Source of the DNA: Veleropilina oligotropha | Lineage: Eukaryota | DNA length: 64,000 bases | Reading direction: 5' to 3' | Assembly (NCBI GenBank): GCA_048128005.1 | Contig: JBEUKZ010000100.1 | Coordinates: 434,001-498,000 of the forward strand | Shown here: in pieces, positions 12,901 through 24,900 of the stretch | Position numbering within the stretch: the first letter of the stretch is position 1 | How the letters are laid out: every line of letters begins with the position of its first letter | Made by a program: the position numbers and the translations under genes | Notes under the pieces: generated by a model | The model's database searches: none | Seen by the model: the letters and a program-made list of their open reading frames with translations, nothing else | What the model was told of the DNA's origin: nothing

Positions 12901-15900
12901 ATATTTTGCAAATAGGTAAAATGTCACGATTTCGGTAGATTAAACGATTTCGTTAATTTTGTCCGGTAAACAAACGTGCTATCCGGAAATCTACCGGTCA
13001 TTCCGGTAGAGTTGGCAGGTATGATCTAAATGCTCCCCCAATAAATTGGTGGGGCATAAAAAGAGTGTTTTACGCGGGAATGAAATAATCAATAGAGATA
13101 TCAACCCTATAATAATTCAGAGCATACAAACTAGGTACAGTAGTTGTTTGATTAATTTGCTAAATTTGGAGGCAACATCTGCCGTCATCACTGCCAACAG
13201 CCTAAATTCATGTCCTCATGACAATACACTGTTAGCTTTAATGTGAGATGAAATGGTGATGGCACATACTCAATGATGTACTGCCACACCGGTAGCCGAG
13301 AGGATAAGAGTGCTGACTCTGAAATCACGTGTTTGCCTGCTCTGTCTAATAGGAGTGGATTCGAATCCATGGTGCATTCTTTGTTCATTTAGCAGTTACA
13401 GTTTTCCACAACTGGTCGATGACGGCAGGGTTTCCTGGGTGACAGGCTTTCCTCACGCGATAATATGAACATGTCCTGGTATGAACCTGAAGGTTACAAA
13501 TGGGTATCAGATCAGACTAATGCTTTACTACACTCACCACATCGGTTCAGATCAGACTAATGCTTTACTACACTCACCGCATCGGTTCAGATCAGACTAA
13601 TGCTTTACTACACTCACCACATCGGTCCAGATCAGACTAATGGTTTACTGCACTCACCACCAGGTGTGGTCCAGGTCAGACTAATGGCTTACTACACTCA
13701 CCACATCGGTCCAGATCAGACTAATGGCTTACTACACTCACCACATCGGTCCATATCAGACTAATGGCTTACTACACTCACCACCAGGTGTGGTCCAGAT
13801 CAGACTAATGGTTTACTACACTCACCACATCGGTCCAGATTAGACTAATGGTTTACTACACTCACCACCAGGTGTGGTCCAGATTAGACTAATGGTTTAC
13901 TACACTCACCACATCGGTCCAGATCAGACTAATGGCTTACTACACTCACCGCCAGGTGTGGTTCAGATCAGACTAATGGTTTACTACACTCACCGCATCG
14001 GTCCAGATCAGACTAATGGTTTACTACACTCACCACCAGGTGTGGTCCAGATCAGACTAATGGTTTACTACACTCATCGCATCAGTCCAGATCAGACTAA
14101 TAGTTTACTACACTCACCGCATCGGTCCAGATCAGACTAATGGTTTACTACACTCACCACATCGGTCCAGTTCAGACTAATGGTTTACTACCCTCACCAC
14201 CAGGTGTGGTCCAGATCAGACTAATGGCTTACTACACTCACCACATCGGTCCAGATCAGACTAATGCTTTACTACACTCACCACATCGGTTCAGATCAGA
14301 CAAATGGTTTACTACACTCACCACATCGGTCCAGATCAGACAAATGGTTTACTACACTCACCACATCGGTCCAGATCAGACTAATGGTTTACTGCACTCA
14401 CCACCAGGTGTGGTCCAGGTCAGACTAATGGTTTACTACACTCACCTCATCGGTCCAGATCAGACTAATGGTTTACTACACTCACCACATCGGTCCAGAT
14501 CAGACTAATGGATTAATTACTACATTCACCACCAGGTGTGGTCCAGATCAGACTAATGGTTTACTACACTCACCACCAGGTGTGGTCCAGATCAGACTAA
14601 TGGCTTACTACACTCACCACATCGGTCCAGATCAGACTAATGGCTTACTACACTCACCACATCGGTCCATATCAGACTAATGGCTTACTACACTCACCAC
14701 CAGGTGTGGTCCAGATCAGACTAATGGTTTACTACACTCACCACATCGGTCCAGATTAGACTAATGGTTTACTACACTCACCACCAGGTGTGGTCCAGAT
14801 TAGACTAATGGTTTACTACACTCACCACATCGGTCCAGATCAGACTAATGGCTTACTACACTCACCGCCAGGTGTGGTTCAGATCAGACTAATGGTTTAC
14901 TACACTCACCGCATCGGTCCAGATCAGACTAATGGTTTACTACACTCACCACCAGGTGTGGTCCAGATCAGACTAATGGTTTACTACACTCATCGCATCA
15001 GTCCAGATCAGACTAATAGTTTACTACACTCACCGCATCGGTCCAGATCAGACTAATGGTTTACTACACTCACCACATCGGTCCAGTTCAGACTAATGGT
15101 TTACTACCCTCACCACCAGGTGTGGTCCAGATCAGACTAATGGCTTACTACACTCACCACATCGGTCCAGATCAGACTAATGGTTTACTACACTCACCGC
15201 CAGCTGTTGTCCAGATCAGACTAATGGTATACTACACTCACCGCATCGGTCCAGATCAGACTAATGGTTTACTACACTCACCGCCAGCTGTTGTCCAGAT
15301 CAGACTAATGGTTTACTACACTCACCGCATCGGTCCAGATCAGACTAATGGCTTACTACTCACCACCAGGTGTGGTCCAGATCAGACTAATGGCTTACTA
15401 CACTCACCACCAGGTGTGGTCCAGATCAGACTAATGGCTTACTACACTCACCACCAGGTGTAGTCCAGATCAGACTAATGGCTTACTACACTCACCGCCA
15501 GCTGTTGTCCAGATCAGACTAATGGTTTACTACACTCACCGCATCGGTCCAGATCAGACAAATGGCTTACTACACTCACCACATCAGTCCAGATCAGACT
15601 AATGGCTTACTACGTGGTCCAGATCAGACTAATGGCTCACTACACTCACCACCAGGTGTGGTCCAGATCAGACTAATGGCTTACTACACTCACCGCATCG
15701 GTCCAGATCAGACTAATGGCTTACTACACTCACCGCCAGGTGTGGTCCAGATCAGACTAATGGTTTACTACACTCACCGCCAGCTGTTGTCCAGATCAGA
15801 CTACCGTATTTGTCTGTGTATTAGTTGAGGATATTTCCAATGTTTTAGGGTCGTGAAGTTGGGGGTCGACTAATACGGCCAACATATATACCATTTTGGG

Positions 15901-18900
15901 GTCGATTGTTGGAGAAATGTACGAAAATTTACTTTGTCCGCAAATTTGTTGGACTACTTCAGTACTTGTTTTTAGTATTTACATTATCATGTTATAAGTT
16001 ACAAAACTCCGTCATTTAATAACATTTTCAATTTATGAAGCTTTATCTTATCATAATATCTATGCAAACAAATTTATTATCCATAAACAATTGACTTCCA
16101 ACAAGAATCAATTAATTATTTGCGTTTTTTCAAGATGGGCGCAATAAAACATTGGGCGCAATAAAAAATTGCGCCCAATGTTATTCTGATGGACACTTCA
16201 GCATGTGTCGATGGGAATTAAGCTGCTTGTGTTATTTTAACCAATCATGTCAACTTCTAACGATAGTATGGTGAAATACAAACAATGAATCAATTGTGAT
16301 ATTGGTCAATCACATAAACCTTTATTGAAATCGATTTCTATGCATAACTGCATTTCCGGATTAACCAAACGAGACCTGGATGTCAGGGGGGTCACAATGG
16401 GTCACCAGGGCCATAGCCAGGATTTTTTTTTAAGAAGAAAAGTTAAACAAATTGTTTACGTGACTGACGATTATCTGTCATTATATATAAATTTTACAAA
16501 ACATATTCCCGACGGACTAAGCCGCACTTATCAACGTGTACTTGGTCAGTATACCATTTATCCTACGATGGATTCCATGAAACACTTTATTGATTAAAGT
16601 GGTATAAACTACGCTGCATTTTGAGTAGGATTTTATTATAGCCATTTGTTGAGTTCTTAGAACATTTGTCCGAAGTTGCGTTTGAAAGTTACTTCAGTTT
16701 GATTACTTTACGGTGCGTGTAACACTTAATAATTCAACACTTCAAAACGTTCGTAGTAACTTAAAGCGAGGCCCAGACAAGTGCTGAACATGTGCCTGTC
16801 GCACAAAGTTTGAAACAAAATAATATGCAAATTAGTTGAGACATTGAATAATTTCATGTTCCGTGTCACTGTACCAGTAGGCCTAGTCTGTATTTGTGTT
16901 ACAGTGTAGAATTTAAAATGAAACGAACTGCATCAGCAGACATACGCGGCTTTTTCTCAAGATAGGCACATATATAAAGAAAAACCTTTAATTTATAGTT
17001 GAGTTCGAGATAATTTGGTTGTTATATTTTTGTTTGATAACTTTGATATTTCGATGATGCATTGCATCGAGCAGCAGTCTATAATAACGAACATAAAGTC
17101 TTTTTAAATTGAATAATGGCTGATGGGGGGTATTCATGCAGACTGACAAATCTATGGTCTGTTGTGTTAAGTGTCGTTCATATGCAACGAATTACATACC
17201 TGTGTAATTTACATAGGTATTATATTACATACTTGTGTAATTTACATAGGTACCGCCGCAAAGCTTCTAATAGAAGCCCGGGCGTTAAATAATTTCAGGT
17301 AGCTCATAGACCCGGCATCTATTAGAGCCTGGCATCTATTAGAGCCCGGCGTTTATTAGAGGCCCGGCATCTATTACTTTCGTTGACTATTTCTGTACTT
17401 AGAACTTCACAATGTATACGTAGGTCAACTTGTAAACATGAAATCTTCGAATGTAGCTTTCAAAAGTCCAAATACATGTATATTCACTTGTTCTTGACAT
17501 TCATGAAGTAAATCACCAGTACGGTCCAGACATCACCCAGACTAAGTGCGTGAAAACAATATGCTTTTATTTTTGCTGTGCCCGCTGCTATATCATAACG
17601 ACATCTCTGACTGACCCCGCGTTTATTAGAGGCCCGGCGAGTATTAATTTCAATACACTCATACTCCCGGCGTATAATAGAGGCCGGCGTCCATTAGAGC
17701 CTCGGCTACTATTAGAAGCTTTACGGTATATGTAAATTAATATTACACACATATGTATATACGTCATATGAATGCATTTGCATACATGTGTAAAGTTTGT
17801 GTTCAATCCCTGTCTCAGTGATGTAATACTTAACTGACAACTTAATTAATAATTCCATTTAACAAATTTGTATGTACCAATATATTTTGCGTCATTATTT
17901 GCTCAATTGAAACATGAATTTGAAGCCTGAAAATGCTGGAAACTGCATTTCAGAGTATCTGGATTTCAAAACCTATTATCATACGTGGAACTCAAAATTT
18001 CGCCTCGTCTTAAATTAGGCTCTGGCTACGGCCCTGGTCACTGTTAGTAATTATATAAAGGTAGCACTGCTTAGATATTGACACAAACTTGATAATCCCA
18101 TTGCTAGCCTCAAAAGTTATTTTGGGCTCTCTGAGTTGAGTGTTATCCAATGAGAAACGTTTTATGTGTGGGTTATCCAATGAGAAACGTTTATGTGTGG
18201 ATATGCTTTCTGCTACACGAATGCGATTAATCTTGATCAGATCACACCTTCAGAAATGTTTACCCTATGCTATAAACACCTCAAACAAAGAACAAAATTG
18301 GCACAGGGCTCGCTCTACTTTGAATAAGGCAACATATCAGGTACATGTACTTTGTTCAAAGAATTTAGATGAATTTACAATGTGTGACATTAACGATGTA
18401 TTCATTTATTGTTTCACATGCTTTTAATAATTACCCACAGTTAAAATGTTCGTTGGATTTAAAATCTCACTATTAATATACGCAAAGTAAACAAGTAAAA
18501 TATATATATTAGGATATATTGATTATAATACAAGTTATTGTCAACATGAAACATTTTGAAAATAAGGTGGTGATATTTTCTCAACCGTTTTAAATCTGAA
18601 AGTTGGGACCCGACTAATCCGCGCAACATTCAAATATGAGGTTTTAATGTAAACCTAATATTAGTATAAAACATACTTACGTCCTTACTCTTGCCATAAT
18701 AGTAATATTATTGCCAACCGGAAACAGTGAATAAGTCACGTTATGCACTATTAATAAGTCAAAGACGCAAAAACGTACCACGGTTACCTCCCCTGCTCCA
18801 CCTCCACCACGTTCCCCCGCGAGACCTCGCCAAGTCTCGCGAGACTTCTGAACCATAGAAGTCACATGACATCAATTCAAAGTTCAAAAACCACAAAGGA

Positions 18901-21900
18901 ACGTAGTAGAGGGGAGGAATGCGAAACGCAGGGTGGGTAATCGTGGTAAGGACGTAAGTATGTTTTATACTAATATTAGGTTTACATTAAAACCTCATAT
19001 ATAGTTACAAACATACTTACGTCCTTACTCTTGCCAGAATAACCTTGGATAGGTGGGTAAGACGTTCCTTACAACAAACCCAAACAAGATAATGACTTAC
19101 TTGTCACCAATTCAATCAGCATGAAGCGTCGATTGTGTCCGCCTAGAGTGGAATTTTTACTGAGTATTATATTCTACTCTTACCAAGCGAGAATTTCGAC
19201 CAGTGTTACCGGGAGAATACGCCGTGGTGTGAGTCGGACGAGGTGAACGGAAGTGCAATCAGCCCCAGGCACGGCCGGAAGGATAAATCCCTGTAGGTCT
19301 TACGTGTCATGGACCAGTGGCAGCCAAATGGTACTCCTGGCCGAAGGCCGGTAGCCAGAGGATGCAGTCGGATTTGTAAGCACACGGAACCTAACAGGTT
19401 GTGAAAGCTTTAAATCAAAAGCAAAGAATTAATAGATTATTATAAATAATCGATATTAATAAGTAATTCGCATGACCAACTTGCGAACGCTAACATGGAC
19501 GACATGTCACTTAAAATAAATTTTAAGGAAGCAAAAATGTTCGACATGTTACTTAAAAATAAATGTTAAGGAATCAACATTTTTTAATGTATTGAACATC
19601 GTATGTTCGATTACAGCAAAGAACAAAATAATATTGAACCTCAATCTTTTTTAAGGTTTGTGCAAAATTATAAAAGTTGTTTTATTAAATTCAATGTAAT
19701 CTGGCTGTCAACTGCTCAGGTCTGACATGAAAAGTACAAAATCTTAAATTAGATTTAAGAAATGAACAGACATTGAACTGCCTCATAGGTGTTAATTTTC
19801 GTAGCACCGTTTGGCCAACAAAAATAAAATGGCGTCAGTAAATATGCAAATGATCAATCAGAGAACAATACTTACTGATTAGAAGACCTCGGTCTAACAA
19901 TAACCCTTTGTGCAGCAACACACTGTAAGCTGCTCAGGCCATCAGCACTTGTTGAGTAGTCCCGCAGATAATGTTTGACAAACACATTAGCGTGTTTCCA
20001 ATATCCAGCCTGAAGTAACGCATTGATATTTAAATTATGTCGGAATGCTACAGACGCGGCAATTTGCCCGGACTTCATGTGCGCGGACCGATAAATAGTT
20101 CGGTCGTCGTTGTCACAGCGGATGTATACATCACTGTCTGTGAAATCCACCGCGAAACAGTAGTCCTCGTAATGTCGCGGGTGTAGGTGGACAAATACGA
20201 TATGAATAAACGTAATTTTCCCTGCCGCAAATCACGGGTCTGTCTAGGTAGAACCGAAGCGCCCGGACCGGGCAATTGAAGCGGTCTGTGTCGCGCCTTC
20301 CGACTAGCGTTAGCTTGGGGATAACAACATCGGGTGCGTCCTCGTTCGGCCGTGGTTCTTGGCTAGGAAGCCCAGAATAGGACGCCGTATCACCGACCCG
20401 TCTGACTGGAATCGTATATCTCATAGCTCGGAGGAGAAAGCATGAATCTCGGAACAACGCCTGCCCGACGCTAAGGCGATCAGAAAAACCGTTTTGTGCG
20501 TCAAGTTCCTCATGGTTATCTCGGACATCGACTCATACGGGGGTAAGAGTAATGCGTTAAGAATAAGTACGATATTCCAAGCAGGTGGCTTAATTTTCGG
20601 GTCGGTATCTCGAGTTCGTAAGATCGTATAAAATCTGATATCGTTCGGTCGCTTGATAGGCCGGCATGGGCACGACACTGTTTTAACGTGGTCGCGATCG
20701 TTGCCCGATAGCCTTTGACGGCGGACACTGACATACCGCGGTCGAAGAGCGACGATAAAAACTCGATAAACTTGTTCACAGGGGGACGGGGTATTGACCT
20801 GCCTGCTGTGACACCAATCCACGTACTTAACCCATCGGTAGTCATAGACTTTTGTCGTGGAAATCCTTCTCGATCGATAGATACGTAAGGCTGTAGCTTT
20901 AGAAAATCCTTTCTTAGCAAGGGATCGTTCGATAACCGCCAGGCGTGTAAACGTAAGTGGTTCGGCGACTCGTGGAGTACATGGGTGCGTGGTTGCATTA
21001 ACAGGTCTAGTTTCTGCGGTAACGCTAACGGTCGATCGACGATCAGATCGAGGAGGGTCGGAAACCAAGGTTGCGTGCGATACAGGGGCGCTATTAGCGT
21101 TATCTCGCAACGTTCGGTCGCTGCCTTCTGTAATACCAGTGATAGAATGCACGTCGGGGGGAAGGCATACGCGGACAGATTCTCCCATGTCATTGACAGT
21201 GTGTCGACCGCTAGGGCGGCCGGGTCTGGGTACGGGGAGACATACAGAGGTAGTCGGTATTGAATTCTGTTGCAAACAAATCGACTTGGGGTTGCGACCA
21301 CCGGCGGCAAACATCCCGACCTACTCGGCTGTGTAGCGTCCACTCTGTGTGTATAATCTGTGATCTCCGAGAGAGCGAATCCGCTCTGACATTCAGCTTT
21401 CCCGGGATGTGTCGGGCTCGAGATCGTCGAGTTGAGGGACATCACTAAGCGGTGTAGGTCTATTGCTCGGTCGCATAGGGGACGCGAGCGAGTACCGCCC
21501 TGGTGCTGTATGTAAGCGACGACAGTCGTGTTGTCCGTGGCGAGCATTATGTGCTTGTTGCGGAGATGTAACGAGAGGGACCGTACTGACAGGTAGACGG
21601 CTTCTAACTCTAGGAAGTTGATATGTCGTCCCTGAAGGTCTGTCGGCCATAGGCCTGATGTCTCGTAACTGTCGAGGTGACCACCCCAGCCGTCGTTCGA
21701 AGCGTCTGTGAACAGGTAAGCGTTCGGCTCTGGTGGGGATATAGGAACCGACTGGTCCGGCAAAGTGGGGTTCAACCACACTGCTGTCGTGTCGGTAAAC
21801 CAATGCCGTAGATCGATGCGATCCGTCCACTGCCCCGTCCGTTGTATCCAGCGATCCCTGAACGCCTGTTGTAACGGTATTTTGTCCATGCGACCCGTCG

Positions 21901-24900
21901 GTAGCAGGGGCGCTACCGACTCGATGTGCCCCAGGACAGTGACCAGTTGTCGCGCCATAGTTATGTCCGATGACAGGGTGTCTAGGATAACCGCGCGTAG
22001 GTTCCGCATACGCTTCTGGGTCGGCTTCGCGGTGTACCGGACCGTATCGAAGTCGACTCCGAGGAACGTAAACGTCGTCGAGGGCACGAAGCAGGATTTT
22101 GTCTCGTTGATCTGAAATCCCAGGCGCTTCGTCGATGACAGGGTAAAGCTCGTAGACCGGAGGCACAGATCTCGGGACGCCCCGAGATCAGCCAGTCGTC
22201 GAGGTATATATGTACCCTGAGCCCTAGAGAGTGTAGGAAGGCCCTAAGGGCCTGTACTGTTCTCGTGAAGACGTACGGGGCTGACGATAGACCGAACGGT
22301 AGGAACCTGAATGGTAGATCGTCTCCCGTGTGTAAACCGAAGGTACTGATGAGCCGTGATATGCATCGGGGCATGCAGATACGCGTCGGTCAGATAGATA
22401 GACGCTGCCCAGTCGCCCGGATGGATGGCCGCTCGTATCTTCGAGAGGGATTCTTGCTGGAATTTCTCGGTACGAAGATATAGTTTACGAGAGACCGAAG
22501 ATCGGTCGCTAGCGGCCATCGGGATTCGGGACCAGGAAGAAATGGCTGTATTTTCCTGGTGTGCTGGGCGGCGCGGGTAGGTCCCGCACTGCCTGGTCTA
22601 AGACCGCTCGCTTTTCTCCGATTAGGAGGCGAGCGTGTCTTGTTGGTGGTGCCTCGTTTAGGGTCGGATGCCGGTTGAACCAACTTGTATCCGGCACTCA
22701 CGACGGAGGGACCCAGCTACTGTCTGGTAGTCTAGCCATGGCTGGCTGTACGCTAACAGATACGCTTCCACCGGCGGAAGCGGGTAGCTGGGACTGTCGT
22801 GTGTGTGCCGGCAGCCCTAGGGCCGAGGCTTCCCTCTCCCGCTCTGCGTACGGGAGCTTGTTGGAGGTGCTTGCCTCTTCGGAGTGGGTTAATGGCCGGG
22901 GCCTACCACCAGAAGAGGGCCATGCACGCTTGGAAGGCTTCGGGATCCAGGTGGGCCCTGAACGCTTCCTCGAGTCGGCGGGTGGACCCCCGGGGGGTGC
23001 AGCACCGCCTACTCGATGGTACGGTCCGTCAGGTCCGCCGCTCTCTGTCGACGAATTCTGAGAAATCGTCGGCAAATAGAGTGGTGGCCGAGCAAGGCAC
23101 GCATCGCAACGAGCGCCGGGTGGCCTCATCTAGCGAGGTGCCTTCAAGGTAAGCGGCCCTACGAAGTAGGAGTGCGTTACCCAGGACACGTCCCGTCTCC
23201 AACGCGTTGGTCTCCATAACGGCAGCAACCTCCTGGAGGAAGGACAGGGCAGCCCACGGGCGCCGGGTCCATCCTCCTGTAATACGGCTATCGTCCCGTC
23301 TAGGAAAAATCCTGAACGGACGACGGCCGCAGAGCCCATCGGGCGGAGCTCTCGAAAGCTTCCAAGGCGAACCCAGGAACTCTCGCTACAGAGGGAGTGT
23401 GACTGGCGGTCAGTCAACGCAACGCTGCGTCAACACGAACCGGCTCAGTCGCCAGGCACGGACCAGTACATGCGAACGGGATCGAACGCGAACTGGCCCG
23501 GAGGTACCTCCTACTACGGAACCCCGAAGGGTACTCGGTCAGTGGGGAGGACTCCACCGGATTGCGCCCCCGACTGAGCTTGGTTGTCGAGTCAACACCC
23601 GATCAACCAGCCCGGACTGAGGTAAGGAAGGAAGCAAGGGGGCTTCCTTCTCAACAAACCGATGCGCCGCCGTCCTGTGCTTGACCGGGCCTACATACGA
23701 CCGAGTCGGTTCCGGCAGGTCAAGCACCCCGCGAAGTGACGCAACAGCGTCGAGTTCGGCGGGTGGTGGAGGTCGGCTCCTGCGTGCCTGGAAGACTACC
23801 AGCGTCTTCGGGCCCGACCGATACAGGGAGGTCGGAGTGAGTGGAGTCGAGGTCCTCGTCGGAACGAGGTTCGATCCCCACCACGGAGGCAGGAGCCGTG
23901 CTCTGCGCCACAGGCAGAGGTGTAGGTACCTGGAGCGGCTAGGAAGCCGGTTGCCAGGCCCGACATCGGGACTCGAACTCCGCCGCGAACATAGCCTGGA
24001 CGTTCTCTAAAGAGAAACCCGGAGGCATGACGGGCGTCGAACTAACAGCCGGTAGTTCGGTCGAAGTCACCGTGGCGCTAGGTAGACGGGCTGCACGGAC
24101 AGGTGGTACCGAGGACCAGGGTCCACGGGCACTTGTCGAGGGGTCGAACCCGAAGGACTGGCCCGGAGGCGCAGTCAGTGGGCCGGACGACCGATAGGAC
24201 TGCGGCAACAGTTCTGATCGGTCTACCACTCTGTTCGAGCGAGGCACGGACGGAAAACCGCCGTAGAACCCCGTCCCGAACGCAGCCGGTCTGTCCACGT
24301 CCTCTAGCGTGACCACGTAGGGTGCACGGGAGAGACCGGGCCCTCTGAACGTCTCGTGAGCCTCGAGGTTGAGCGGAAAACCCCTAGGGGAAGTCGCGTC
24401 GGTCTCGAGCGAGGATTCAGGTTTCGCCGATTGTCCGAGTCTTCGACCTACAAGTAGGTGCTCGGCCTCTTTAAAGGCTTTCTCTGCATTGGTTCTTTCA
24501 CCGTCGCTAGACGGAGAGTGTACCGCAGAAGGACTAACTGTCCCCTTATTCTTCGAGGCCGAAGAAAAGGATGGGGATGGTCTGCCCTGTACAGCTGTTC
24601 GCTGCGCTGTCATGTATACCTTGCTAGCCGGCAAGGTATGGCTGACTGCAGTTACTAGGCCCGGTTGAGGCGGAACGGTCGGCACTCGGGCCTTTACCTG
24701 AATCTGGGGTCCCGGCAAGGGTTCGGTGACTCCCCCGAGAGTCGCGGAGGTATCGCCGGTAGACCCGGCGACAGACGGTGCTTTACGTCGGCTGTCGTCC
24801 AGCGTCCCTGAAGTAGACAAAGAAGAATTATCCCTTAACTTACTGTCTGCAAACAACCCCTTTTCCTGCCCCTTTCCCGAGGAGGGCCCACCGTGGCAGT

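Noticed and set aside
13507..15803. CRISPR-like appearance of regularly spaced repeats (also 7703-8979, 37015-38234 and 38540-39213)
   Set aside because: Units are head-to-tail with no unique spacers, there are no cas genes, and the context is eukaryotic; these are minisatellites.
13874..15828. Repetitive ORFs ([16 protein letters not shown]...) and the Cys-rich ORFs at 36941-37287 and 44650-45034
   Set aside because: Translation artefacts of tandem repeats, most of whose unit lengths are not multiples of three.
18677..18865. Identical 62-aa ORF at 18677-18865 (-) and 25853-26041 (+)
   Set aside because: A consequence of the inverted terminal repeats; non-ATG start and no motif.
19130..19401. 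Assignment of the DIRS structure to hammerhead, hairpin, HDV, RNase P or group II intron families
   Set aside because: No complete CUGANGA/GAAA core or domain-V consensus found on either strand; resemblances such as GAAAGTGCA are only short motifs.
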